Assembly (NCBI GenBank): GCA_036785375.1
Contig: JAWMAR010002535.1
Span: 62,001 to 126,000 of the forward strand
Direction: 5' to 3'
Length of the DNA stretch: 64,000 bases
Source of the DNA: Leucoraja ocellata
Lineage: Eukaryota
The notes under the pieces were generated by a model. It was not told where the DNA came from. It saw only the letters and a program-made list of their open reading frames with translations, and did no database searches. Position 1 is the stretch's first letter. Every line of letters starts with the position of its first letter. Shown one piece after another: positions 35,898 to 45,105 of this stretch. The position numbers were made by a program, and so were the translations under genes.

Positions 35898-38800
35898 CGG
35901 GGGTTATTGTTCATTGCACTTTAGCATTATAGTAATAATAACAAATGTTACAATTACTTGGATATCTCTTGCATTGCCAATCTGAGCTTCTGTTAGAGCT
36001 GATATCCTGTCGAGGTTGGCATCCTTTGTGCTATGGGACTTCGGTGGAAGCTTTGCACTAATGGAGCCAGAACGTGTTGATAAATCCATCGGGGTTGATG
36101 AACTACAGTGGCCAGCTGAGCTCTGCCATCGACCAAGACTGTGCTTTGATTCCAAGTCCCCTGATTAGGACAACCTGGCTCTTTGCAGCTATTTGGGTTC
36201 TGGGGCAGTGTGCCAACAATGGATTTCACTTTGATTGGAACTAATCGAAGTAAAGCATGCCTACTTAAAATTAAATGCTGAACAAACTGTATAAAACGTT
36301 CTTATGGTTTTTAAATCATGGTTATTTTTAATGAATAACTTGTGCCTAGGTAGAAGTTCAGGTTTGGCACTGGTTTTCATTGTGTTTGGAGTGGAATGGG
36401 TCTCAATGGCTAAGAATGGAGAAGGATGGGAGAAGTCTGTGGCAGGCCTAAGACCATTGTTTACCTTTCACACTCGGCTTGCGCTTTAAGTGACTATTAA
36501 CGACCACGGCTGTTTGTCTGCCTGTCCGTAAAGAGTCCTTCAGTACGCTACTGATTTTGAAGCGCATAGTTGCTGGCCGGCGCAGCGGTAGAATTGCTGC
36601 CTTACAATGCCAGAGACCTGGGTTCAATCCTCACTATGGGTGCTGTCTGTACGGCGTTGTGACCACGTGGGGTTTCTCAGTGTGCTCCAGTTTCCTCCCA
36701 TACTCCAAAGACATACAGGTTTGTAGGTTAATTGGCTTCTGCAAATTGTGCAGGATAGTGCTAGTGTACAGGGTGATTGCTGGTCGGCATGGACTCGACG
36801 GGGCTAAAAGGTTCGTTCCCACGCTGTATCTCTAGTGTAGTCTAGTTGAGAGAGGGATGGGGTTTCTTTGCTCTTTAGATCAATGGTGATATCCACAATT
36901 GTAATAAGTAGAGTTGATTTATTTATTGTTTTATTTCTAACCAGTGAATGCAAATACCTAATTTTTAAATTTGCAATTGAATATCCCAATGAGTGAGTTT
37001 TTTCCCCAGAGTGTTCACATTTGCTAAATTAAAAATGTATGTGTTTGGAAAGGACTGTTAATTCACATTTAAATTTATATTGGTTGAAAAATTATTTTGC
37101 AGCCTTATTGATGCCACTCACAGAGATGTTGATGTTCTGCTTCTCCTCTCCAATTGTGCCTACTATGTTGCCTAGTGAGTAGATGCCGAACTTGCTGAAA
37201 ATCATTCACTGCTTCCATAGACAGTTAAACGAATAAATTGCACAACCATTTTGTTTACTAAATTGCCAACAAGTGACATTGTTTTAGTCGGTTCACTTGT
37301 GCATTTGGTTGGTTTGTAATCGGGCACGTCTTCTCTCTCTTGGCAGCTATGATGATGAAGTTGAAAAAGTGAACCAGTATCAGAGACTGAACTTGGAGGA
37401 TTTGGAGAGGATTGAAATCGGTACGTTTGTCTTCATGTTGTTGACTGATTGCCATTGCTGCTTTCTGTGATGAATGTACAGGTTTATTTGGCAGCTTCCA
37501 GTGCCTGAAATGGAAACAACCCTTTCAGAATTAAAAAGAAGGAAAGATGTATCTGGTGGTGGGATGTCATTGAAGATGACAGATCTGTTGAATGTGGAGG
37601 CCAGTGAGATGAAAACTGGACACCAGGGAAACTTCACCCTTGCCCGCTGCAGGAGAAGTGCAGGAAATATGAGATGTGTTAAGGATTCTGTCAACTTCTT
37701 CCAGAACTGTGGATTACCCTCTTCCACTGTTGATAGAGCCTCTACTGCATCTCATTGTCCAGTGTGTAGGGAGGAACTGCAAAGGCTTGTTTAAACTGAA
37801 GCCAGACACAAAAAGCTGGATTAACTCAGCAAGGTCAGGCAGCATCTCTGAAGAAATGAAATAGTTAACGTTTCAGGTCTGAAGAAGGGTCTCGACCTGA
37901 CACATCACCTATTCCTTCTCTCCAGAGATGCTGCCTGACCCGCTGAGTTACTCCAGCTTTTTGTGTCTGTTCTCATTGTCCAGTGTACAGTTATTACAAA
38001 ACTTGGATTTACTCTAGAGGGAGTGGGGGGGATTATTAAGATAGTGACTTTATTATACAAAAGCATTGATTTTCTGTATTGTAATCTGTAGCAATGAAGA
38101 TACATTTTGTCATGGTTTGTTTTACATAAAGGACCAGAGCCCACTTTATTTGGGAAGCCCAAGTTTAATTGTATGAGACTCCATTACAAGCACAACGGAA
38201 TTAGCGGGTACTTCCACACATTGAGAGCTGTGACTCGAAACCCTGAGGAAGATGGAAAAGGTAAAGCACTTCTGTTCCAAAACAAAATGCTGTACTTGTT
38301 TAGTTGTTTCATTGTTGTAGTGGCAGCTGTATAAGAGATGTTCCACAAGTGTATGTGTATCAAAAATGTTTGTTCACTATTCCTAATTGCACATCACTCT
38401 GCAGAAGATCGTTAAACATTACTACAATTTTTAGTTGGCATTTTTAATCTATAATAATCAGCACTGTTTAAAATACAAGTAAAGGCAGTATTACTGTAAC
38501 ACACACCAAAATGCTACATGCAGGAAAAACATTCTGCACGTTTGAGATGCATAGGAGTTGATTTATATCTGGGTCTCAACTGATATTCAGTGGGAATTCC
38601 ATCTTTCAGTTATTCCTATATTAGAAATTATTTAATGTTCAAATCAACCTGTGTATTTATAACGTTAAACACAAAAAACTGGAGTAATTCAGTGGGACAG
38701 GCAGCATCTCTGGAGAGAAGGAATGGGTGACATTTTGGTGACATGAATGGGAGACCCTTCTTTAGACAGACTGCAATAACATTACAAATCCACGCTTGCA

Positions 38801-41800
38801 GTTCTGGGGCCAATACTCAGTGGACATTGCTCTAAGTGAGGTGTTAGGAATGAGGGAATTTGTGTAAATGTTTATCAGTACAGTTAATAAGGCCACGGAT
38901 TTCTTCCTTCATTTATAAATTTGATTTTTTTTGGGCTAATCTCAACTGGGGCCTTGCTGAGGAGGTGTGGAGGATAGGGGGGGGGGATGAGAGAAACTGC
39001 TCTAAGTTCCTGGGCTTGAAGTTGACACAAAAGATTCCGAATTCATTGTCATTACTGCTCATGTCCACATATAGGCATTGGATGAGACCAAAGTCGTTCT
39101 TGACTGCATTAAGTAGTTTATTGAGATACCATCCAATAAATATCTGAGTTACCTATAACTAATCTACAGATTCTGAGGAAAGGGTTTCACTCCAGTTTAT
39201 TACCTGCAATGGTTGCATGTTCCATGATTTCTCCAGAAACCTCAACCAGTTCATTCAGTGAGATGCCAATGAGTATAGACCAAGAGAGTCTGGCTTTGAT
39301 GTGAGGAGACAAGATTTGTGCTGTGCCCATCAGTGTGTGCATGAATGACATACACTTGGGGAAAGGCATCTGTGGGCTTTGCAATCATGGTGAGCAAGAA
39401 ATCAATGTCTTCGGAAATAAGATGGCGATGATAATTATCTTTTTAATTGGTTTGCAGACACCCTACAGTGCATTGCAGAAATGTTGCAGCTTACAAAGCA
39501 GGGCCTTGGAATAGATGTGCCAATTCTGGAGAAGAAGTTGGAGAGGTGAGGTGTTACTGTCTTGCTCAAGATGCCTGTGTGATTGGGTAGATACACAATG
39601 GGGATCATTTGAAATGCCTATATTAATGGCTGAGACACAAAGAGACTGCTGAACTACTTTCATTTAAAAAGTCTCAAATGCCTCTTTAAGCTACTGTTTA
39701 GCACTATATCCAGTACTCCATACCTCATTCTTTGCAATAACTTTCAGTTGGAGCCATTGATCAAACCTCAACAAATTGTCATTCTAAAGTACCAAAAGTG
39801 GATTAAAAATGATATGTTTTGCAAAGCTCTATTTTTAATTTGAAGTTCAGTCAGAATTGAAATCTTGCTTTTTTTTTTGAGTATTCCCTTGATTTAAAAA
39901 ACAACTCAATTTAAAAACTGTTTCATATTTTTTTCATTAAACTTCTCGTCCATTTTTTCATAGTCTGGCTCCTCCTTATTTCTGCTTTAAAAAAAAAAAG
40001 TGCTAAAGTAACAGTGTGTCTGTCAGTATCCCTGGGGACATGGATAGGTGTTGGGTCGGGACCATTTTTCAGACTAAGTGGGAGTGAAAGTGAAGAGGTA
40101 GGAGTCTATGGGAAATAGGTGGATACAGGTGAGAAGGGTTTGATTGGTAGATGGGTGGATAAATCCCAGAGATGAAAAGAAGACAAAAGGGTGTAAGGTG
40201 AGAATTGGAGTGAAAGGTGAAGCTAGAGGAAGGGATATAACGAGAAAACGGGGGTGAGATAGTGGGAGAAATGAGTGCGTGTCTGTGTGTGGCACAGGGA
40301 AGGGGGTGGGGTGGGGAATGTGCTGAGTAAGCTAAAATTGGAGAATTCAATGTTCAGGCCATTGGGTTGTAAACTCCCCTATTGGAATATGAGGTGCTAA
40401 TCTCAATGTTGTGTGTGACCTCACTCTGGCAATGGAGAAGGCCCAGAAAAGAGGTTGATATGGGAAGGAGAGTTAAGATGCTTAGCGACTGGGAGATCCA
40501 GCAGACCAAGGTGGACCGAGAGCAAGTATTTGGCAGAACGTGCACACTCGTGTTCTGTCCTTGCTTCCACTCACAGCAATGCTTTCAGATCAACCTCCAG
40601 TGTTATTTGATAATAGTCACACTAAGTAGTGTCTGGTGTAAAATGTTACGCTCAAATAGCTTCTGAGCCAGCACACTGTGAGGGTAACTTCTATTGTTTT
40701 TCATTGAAGTACGTCTACCTTTAGCTAGCACCTTTGTTCTCCAGGGCTACCTACTTTTCAACACATTTTGTCCTGCAGAGTGGGTAGCATTGTGCTGGCG
40801 GTGATGTTTATTTTCCTGTCACTCCCTGTTGCCAGGTTCAGTTGCGTCCTCAGCAAACACCTTTTACAATCTTGGTTGAAAATCAACATATTATTAAAGC
40901 ACTTCACAATACGCAGACTGAATTGCAGATAGACAGCCTTGTTTAATTACAATCATGCCTCACTTGAAAGAAGCTCAATTAAGCAGCTGTCACGTGGTTA
41001 CAGTAATTTCTCCCAACCCACAACTGCAAAAGATTGAACAGTACCACCGTAAAAAGCGTTTAGACTAACATTCAGGCTCGTTTACTCTAGCATTCAAGTC
41101 ATGAAGCATTTACTCTTTTTTGCAGTGTTGCCCAAGTAAAATGTTTCAAAGGCGAATGACTGAATTCCATGTTATTTTGCAGGAAGCGCAGTAAGCCACA
41201 TGAAGACATCCTTGGGATTCATTCCAAAAGTCGGGTAACAAGCAGTACAAGCTTAACCCAAGGCAAGAACTTTCTTATCAACAAGTTTTCTTCCTTTAAC
41301 CAGAAAGTCAAACAAACCAAATCCAATGTGACCATTGGAAATTTGCGGAAACTGGGCAACTTTTCAAAACCGGACGTCAAGGTTAATTTCTTAAAACCAA
41401 ATCTACGGGTGAACCTGTGGAAATCGGACAGTAGTCTGGGGAGCTCGGATTCCCCTGTGGCTGTCAAAGAGGAAACTGATTCGGATCTTGAGATCTCTTC
41501 TGATACGGACTCTTATGAATCTGATGGCTATCTCTCCAATTCCAAATCAGATGAAGAATGCCAGCTCTCGGACGCTGAAGATGTCGGACAGTGCGACTAC
41601 GTGCTTCCCAGCTGTGGCATTGTCGCCACTGGACCTCGTTCACGGTTAAGCAGCCGATCACATTCGATCGGCAGCACAGATTTTAACATTCCGCACAATA
41701 CTTCAGAAATCCACTTAACTCAGAATAATCCTGAACACCAGGGTGAAGTTCTGATAAATGCACGGCCTTCTGATGCAGCGCCAACTGCTGACGAGGATGT

Positions 41801-42332
41801 CCTTGTTGATTTCAACACTCCCATTGACGCCTATTGTCACCAGTTTTTAGAAGATGCACAGAATAAATCTCCGGACGTTAGTGTTGCAGATCTGGATTTC
41901 CATCAGAAGCAGCAAGAACAAAGCAACAGTGGCTCTGGAGTAACATCCAACGTTAAGGCAGAAGAAACTGAGATGCATTTACCAAGACCCTCCAAGCTGG
42001 ACGTATCCTCGGCTAGCTCTCGCCTACCCCTTCTTTCAGTCGAACCTCCGGACAATCCAGCCTGTGAGTCCAATCCATCTGAAGAGGAGGCTGGGTGTAC
42101 AGCGTCTTCTCCTTCCCAACCAGAAGATGCGGGCAGCAGTGCTGTTTCACCATTCGCTAAGATCCGAAGTTCAATGGTCCAGGTAGCAAGCATGACCCAG
42201 GCAGGACTAATCCAGGGGGTAAACTTTGCTGTGGCAAAGGTCCAGCGAACCCCTGAAAATGTAACGGAGAGTCAGCACCCCCAGTTGAAGGAGATGTTTT
42301 CTCAGTGCCAGACAAGGATAATCCAGATTTAG
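2467..42332 (+). CDS. INPP5F: Phosphatidylinositide phosphatase SAC2 (INPP5F), spliced gene model, 5'-incomplete; 16 exons equivalent to human exons 5-20
   Basis: All introns are GT-AG with compatible phases; summed exons = 2952 nt (984 codons incl. stop). Translation follows human SAC2: SAC domain with CMDCLDRT, hSac2 domain, C-terminal QCQTRIIQI*. Confidence 0.97.
2870..3126 (-). mobile_element. HE1-type tRNA-derived V-SINE
   Basis: Reverse complement of the head (gacccgggtttgatcc) and core (tttcctc..ccaaagac..gcaggttt). Confidence 0.75.
3182..3452 (+). mobile_element. HE1-type V-SINE
   Basis: ggcacagtggtagagttg..gacccgggttcgatcc (B box)..tttcctcccaca..aaagatgtacaggtttgtaggttaattggc..gcgctgtatctct. 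Confidence 0.85.
3872..3928 (+). CDS. INPP5F: INPP5F exon 6
   Basis: tttcag|GTT...AAT|gtaagt; [19 protein letters not shown]. Confidence 0.95.
4170..4720 (+). mobile_element. Ancient CR1-group LINE 3' region (related pieces at about 25470-25620, 30560-30710, 47520-47910)
   Basis: [11 protein letters not shown]...[23 protein letters not shown] resembles the C-terminus of chondrichthyan non-LTR RTs as I recall them. Confidence 0.55.
5940..6128. mobile_element. Palindromic non-autonomous Penelope derivative (degenerate)
   Basis: gagtaactc..caggtcaggcagtatct..gaacatggataggtg / cacctatccatgttc..agatactgcctgacctg..gagttactc. Confidence 0.7.
6392..6690 (+). mobile_element. HE1-type V-SINE
   Basis: tggcgcagcggta A box, B box, V-core, HER1-like tail. 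Confidence 0.85.
7660..7930 (+). mobile_element. CR1/HER1 3' fragment
   Basis: [27 protein letters not shown]; ctatgactcta tail. Confidence 0.8.
8167..8362 (+). CDS. INPP5F: INPP5F exon 7
   Basis: ttacag|GAT...GCAG|gtatgg; [25 protein letters not shown]...ISRRSRHRA. Confidence 0.95.
9623..9868 (-). mobile_element. Rex-Babar LINE 3' end
   Basis: Minus frame [22 protein letters not shown]; (TATCG)n tail. Confidence 0.75.
9910..10200 (-). mobile_element. HE1-type V-SINE
   Basis: Reverse-complement match to the same consensus. Confidence 0.85.
10319..10498 (+). CDS. INPP5F: INPP5F exon 8
   Basis: ctgcag|GA...AAAC|gtgagt; [23 protein letters not shown]...[10 protein letters not shown]...PRLDK. 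Confidence 0.95.
10640..11765 (-). mobile_element. CR1 RT fragment interrupted by a younger insertion (10886-11397)
   Basis: [46 protein letters not shown]; CR1 sequence resumes at 11398. Confidence 0.85.
10886..11397 (-). mobile_element. CpG-rich non-autonomous retroelement with AATAAA(TTGAATC)n tail
   Basis: Splits the host CR1 at ctagtca|...|tcacag; tail reads caagattcaagattcaatttatt on +. Confidence 0.65.
11843..13250. mobile_element. Penelope-like retroelement, rearranged: RT fragment on -, GIY-YIG endonuclease region and terminal repeat on +
   Basis: Minus ORF has [27 protein letters not shown]; plus ORF has [43 protein letters not shown]. Confidence 0.9.
13152..13179 (+). ncRNA. Minimal hammerhead ribozyme core in Penelope terminal repeat
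   Basis: CTGAAGA-G-GGGT(TTCG)GCCC-GAAACGTT: CUGANGA and GAAA boxes, helix II, palindromic ACGT in place of helix III. Confidence 0.6.
14135..14352 (-). mobile_element. CR1/HER1 3' fragment
   Basis: [28 protein letters not shown]. Confidence 0.75.
14570..14802. mobile_element. Penelope RT N-terminal fragment (-) joined to an inverted terminal repeat (+)
   Basis: [26 protein letters not shown] matches the PLE motif FYLLPKIHK..PGRPIVS; followed by ctgaagaagggtcttgaccc...gagttactccagc. Confidence 0.8.
15078..15145 (+). CDS. INPP5F: INPP5F exon 9
   Basis: atgcag|CT...CAG|gtgaga; [22 protein letters not shown]. Confidence 0.93.
16170..16580 (+). mobile_element. Highly degraded CR1 RT fragment
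   Basis: gattgatgagggt...aatggtgttctgcaggg...gaagttggcag: remnants of DEG/GVPQG/KFADD. Confidence 0.55.
17374..17498 (+). CDS. INPP5F: INPP5F exon 10
   Basis: tggcag|GTT...TG|gtaaga; [41 protein letters not shown]. Confidence 0.95.
19615..19811. mobile_element. Palindromic non-autonomous Penelope derivative
   Basis: Arms 19648-19716 and 19741-19809 are near-perfect reverse complements. Confidence 0.8.
20347..20424 (+). CDS. INPP5F: INPP5F exon 11
   Basis: ccctag|T...TG|gttagt; [25 protein letters not shown]. Confidence 0.94.
20760..21062 (-). mobile_element. HE1-type V-SINE
   Basis: aattaacctacaaac..gtctttggga..ggaggaaac..agacagcaccc. Confidence 0.8.
21795..21915 (+). CDS. INPP5F: INPP5F exon 12 (catalytic CX5R motif)
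   Basis: acacag|G...CAG|gtatga; [40 protein letters not shown]. Confidence 0.96.
22588..22760. mobile_element. Probable DNA transposon (Harbinger-like) end fragment
   Basis: Starts ccctgtcccactt, CpG-rich; second TIR not seen. Confidence 0.4.
22795..23408. mobile_element. Two CR1 3' fragments, tail-to-tail (+ 22795-23135, - 23140-23408)
   Basis: agaggacatgggtttaaggtg..tttcacacaaagggtggtg on +; [18 protein letters not shown] on -. Confidence 0.8.
23590..23810 (+). repeat. Three tandem copies (about 66-bp period) of the Penelope terminal-repeat tail
   Basis: ctgagttactccagcact recurs at about 23657, 23722 and 23786. Confidence 0.75.
23960..24210 (-). mobile_element. CR1/HER1 3' fragment
   Basis: [28 protein letters not shown]. 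Confidence 0.8.
24446..24473 (-). ncRNA. Minimal hammerhead ribozyme core in a solo Penelope terminal repeat
   Basis: Reverse complement reads CTGAAGAAGGGTTTCGGCCCGAAACGTT; the repeat (24381-24478) is flanked by TCACAT direct repeats. Confidence 0.55.
24545..25460 (+). mobile_element. Old CR1 LINE 3' region
   Basis: agtggagtgtctcaaggatcagt..aaacgatcttga..aagtttgcag; gggtgaccttattgaaaca; 3' UTR remnant. Confidence 0.75.
25775..26290 (-). mobile_element. CR1 LINE 3' fragment
   Basis: [17 protein letters not shown]; [31 protein letters not shown]. Confidence 0.85.
26760..27270 (+). mobile_element. CR1 LINE 3' end
   Basis: ctggagtttagaaggatgaggggggatcttatagaaac...ccagaggccacagt...ctatgtttctatg tail. 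Confidence 0.88.
27585..28247 (-). mobile_element. Probable LTR (ERV/LTR retrotransposon 3' LTR) with adjoining polypurine tract
   Basis: On -: AGAG10 PPT then TGTGATG; U3 short direct repeats; TATTTAA; 10-bp hairpin; AGTAAA then a GT-rich tract. Confidence 0.6.
29311..29439 (+). CDS. INPP5F: INPP5F exon 13
   Basis: tctcag|CTG...AAG|gtaaca; [43 protein letters not shown]. Confidence 0.95.
31554..31632. repeat. Perfect 30-bp inverted repeat with 19-nt spacer
   Basis: TGTGTGTATTGGTCTTGAAGTTTTAAACTC at 31554-31583; reverse complement at 31603-31632. Confidence 0.95.
31726..31843 (+). CDS. INPP5F: INPP5F exon 14
   Basis: tggtag|GGT...ATAG|gtaaga; [39 protein letters not shown]. Confidence 0.95.
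32095..32560 (-). mobile_element. CR1/HER1 3' fragment
   Basis: [28 protein letters not shown]; HER1-type 3' UTR. Confidence 0.75.
34060..34343 (-). mobile_element. HE1-type V-SINE
   Basis: Same consensus; head ends immediately before the duplicated exon fragment. Confidence 0.82.
34347..34407 (+). pseudogene. Decayed duplicate of part of INPP5F exon 15
   Basis: 51/61 nt identical, gap-free, to 34654-34714; [19 protein letters not shown] vs [19 protein letters not shown]. Confidence 0.85.
34593..34791 (+). CDS. INPP5F: INPP5F exon 15
   Basis: aattag|AT...CCAAG|gtgtgt; [26 protein letters not shown]...[13 protein letters not shown]. Confidence 0.94.
35866..35896. repeat. (CA)n microsatellite
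   Basis: About 15 CA units. Confidence 0.95.
36575..36845 (+). mobile_element. HE1-type V-SINE
   Basis: ggcgcagcggtagaattgctgcc..gggttcaatcc..V-core. Confidence 0.85.
37103..37174 (+). CDS. INPP5F: INPP5F exon 16
   Basis: ttgcag|C...TA|gtgagt; [23 protein letters not shown]. Confidence 0.94.
37347..37420 (+). CDS. INPP5F: INPP5F exon 17
   Basis: tggcag|C...ATCG|gtacgt; [24 protein letters not shown]. Confidence 0.94.
37500..37970. mobile_element. Degraded Penelope fragment ending in a palindromic terminal-repeat pair
   Basis: [15 protein letters not shown] resembles the PLE thumb region; 37805-37967 is a fold-back. Confidence 0.6.
38132..38260 (+). CDS. INPP5F: INPP5F exon 18
   Basis: ataaag|GA...AAAG|gtaaag; [42 protein letters not shown]. 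Confidence 0.94.
39458..39545 (+). CDS. INPP5F: INPP5F exon 19
   Basis: ttgcag|AC...GAGAG|gtgagg; [28 protein letters not shown]. Confidence 0.94.
40005..40550 (-). mobile_element. Degraded Penelope 3' fragment
   Basis: Shares aattggagaattcaatgttc...atgaggtgct...cactctggcaatggag with the 54273 element, plus a terminal-repeat remnant. Confidence 0.7.
41183..42332 (+). CDS. INPP5F: INPP5F terminal exon 20 (coding part)
   Basis: ttgcag|G AAG; open ORF 41169-42332 [12 protein letters not shown]...[16 protein letters not shown]...QCQTRIIQI*. Confidence 0.97.
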
Positions 42333-43198
42333 CCGCTGGTGGTCTCTGAACTTTGTAACCTTGACGAAGGGGAACACTTTTAAGTTATGATCGAAGACCA
42401 AAAGTCCTTTAAAATGTATCTGCAGTTTTGTATGGAGTCTTTAACAATGTGGGATTTGAGGTTTTCAAATAATCTGGGTAATCCTGGATGTTTGCATTAA
42501 GCTACTGGAGCAGCAACTACTGAGCAGGCCAATGTGCAATATTAATTATGGTAGAATGTATTAGGCTGGTGGCAATGTAGTAGCAGTTGATGACAACTGG
42601 CTCGAACCTGCCTTGTTCCAGTTGTTTTTAATCCAAGTAAACAGGAGTTGTACACTCCACACAACTTAAGTACATGCCATACCACACACTTCAGGAGTTC
42701 CCTGTCAGTATGCATTGTAGTGAAGTGGAATGGTCAGTGGGATAATAACTCGCATCTTGCCCTAAGATTGTCTTCACTGCCATCTGAGAAAACTGACCCT
42801 GAATTAAGTTTTTTTAAGAAAAAAAGAAAATCTTAAATCTATATTTTCATTTTATGGAACAGCATCTTTGTGCAGCGAAAGTCTATTGCAAGGACTTGAA
42901 TATCTCATGGTTATTTCACGATTATAAGTATTCTAGAAATCTGAACTATTGCAAAAGGTATTTTTCTGTCTTGCACACAGAAGGGGCAAGATCCTCATGA
43001 ATGTTAAAATACAAGTGGTGAAGGGGCCGGAGGAAATTTTGACTTAAACCTGATGTAGCATTAGTACAATCCTATAGACAGTGCCTGTGGTTTATCATAA
43101 ATGTACTGTAGTTAGATTGTAAACATGTTATCTACAGTAGGTTCCCAATTGTCTTAACTGTGCCCTGATATCAGCCTTCGACACAGAATTTCTAGGTA

Positions 43199-43226
43199 AA
43201 TAAAACTGCCCATTCCTATAATTAAA
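43199..43226 (+). terminator. Candidate INPP5F polyadenylation signals (AATAAA 43199-43204, ATTAAA 43221-43226)
   Basis: Hexamers about 0.87 kb after the stop in repeat-free 3' UTR-like sequence, followed by T/GT-rich tracts; another AATAAA at 43595-43600. Confidence 0.5.
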
Positions 43227-43774
43227 ATACTTGTTATTGTAACTTAAATGTTTTAATGTGCTTATTTATTCATGTTTTGTCACAGTAGTGTGGTTTCTTT
43301 GATGTGTTGAAAATAATGCACATGCTACAAAAGTAGATTTGCTCCAGTGTATTTTGACAGGAGGGATGAATATTATTTTAATTAAAAAAAGTTGAAGCAA
43401 ACCATCTGTTTCCATATTTTTTTTCAAAGTGCCAAGCATTGTATTTGGTTCATGGCCATTATCCTCCCCACTGCATCTGCCAAAAATATTCATCATATGG
43501 AAACTGCTGTGTATTTGAATCATGGCAGCAATAGTGTCGGCTCAGGCAGAAACCTTTTAAAGATATCATTTAGGCTGCTGATTAATGATGATTTAATAAA
43601 ATCCCTGTATCTGTGTGAACAGGTGAAGATCATTGCCTTATTTCCTCCTCCTCCTGTCAATTATTGAAATATTTACTCAGTAAACCATTTTGAAATTGTT
43701 GGTTAATCCTTTTGAATAATTCTCCTTACACGGGAGCCATGTACAAAGTCTTGATGAGTTTCATTGATTGTATT

Positions 43775-45105
43775 AGTCATAGATTAATACAATGTGGAAA
43801 CAGGCCCTTTGGCCCAACTCCCCCACACTGGCCAACAATGTCCCGGCTACCCTAGTCCCACTTGCCTGCGCTTGGTCCATAATCCTCCAAACCTGTCCTA
43901 TCCATGTACCTGTACAACTGTTTCTTAAACAATGGGATAGACCCAGCCTCAACAACCTCCTCTGGCAGCTTGTTCCATACACCCACCACCCTTTGTGTGA
44001 AAAAGTTACCCCTCGGATTCCTATTAAATCTTTTTCCCTTCACCTTGAACCTATGTCCTCTGGTCCTCGATTTCCCTGCTCTGGGTAAAAGACTGTGCAT
44101 CTACCCGATCTATTCCTCTCATGATTTTGTACACCTCTATAAGATCTCCCCTCATCCTCCTACGCTCCATGCAATAAACCCAACCTACTCAACCTCTCCC
44201 TATAGCTCAGTCCTGGCAATGTAAATCTTTTCTGAACCCTTTCAAGCGTAACAATATCTTCCCTATAACATGCTGCCCAGAACAGGACACAATATTCTAA
44301 ATGCGGTCTCACCAACGTTTAAAATGCCAAAAGCCTTTCTGACCACCATATCTACCTGCGACTCGACCTTCAAGGAACCATACTCCCTCTGCTCTACAAC
44401 ACAACCCAACCATTTACTGTGTAGGTCCTGCCCTTGTTCGACGTCCCAAAATGCACACGTCTCTATTAAATTCCATCAACCATTCCTCCGCCCAGCTGGC
44501 CAATCGATCCAGATCCTGCTGCAATCGTTCACTACCATCTTCACTATCTGCAAAACCACTTACTTTTGTATCATCAGCAAACTTGCTAATCTTGTCCTGT
44601 ATGTCTTAGATGACAAACAGTAATGGGCTCAGCATCGAACCCTGTGGCACACGACTAGTCACATGCCTCCATTCTGAGAAGCAACCTTCCACCATCACCC
44701 CCTGCTTACTTCCATGAAGCCAATTTGCTATCCATTCAGCTACCTCTCCTTGGATCCCATGAGATCTAACCTTCCAGAGCAGCCTACCATGCGGCACCTC
44801 GCCTCACTAAAGTCCATGTGCACGACATTTACAGCTCTGCCTTCATCTACCATTTTGGTCACTTCAAAAAAATCAATCAGATTTGTGAGACACAACCTCC
44901 CATGTACAAAACCATGCTGACTGTCCCTAATCAGCCCTTGCCCATCCATATGCCTGTATAACCTATCCTTCAGAATACTCGCCAGTAACTTGCCAACTAC
45001 AGATATTAAGCTCACCAGCCTATAGTTCCCAGCATTTACCCTGCAGCCCTTCTTAAAAAGAGGCACAACATTTGCCACCCTCCAGTCTTCTGGCACCTTT
45101 CCTAC
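43775..45105 (-). mobile_element. CR1/HER1-type LINE, degraded, with internal deletions
   Basis: VPEDWRVANVVPLFKKG..NYRLVSL..SQHGF..CLTNLIDFFE; VPQGSMLSPLLFVI; [23 protein letters not shown]. Confidence 0.9.
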
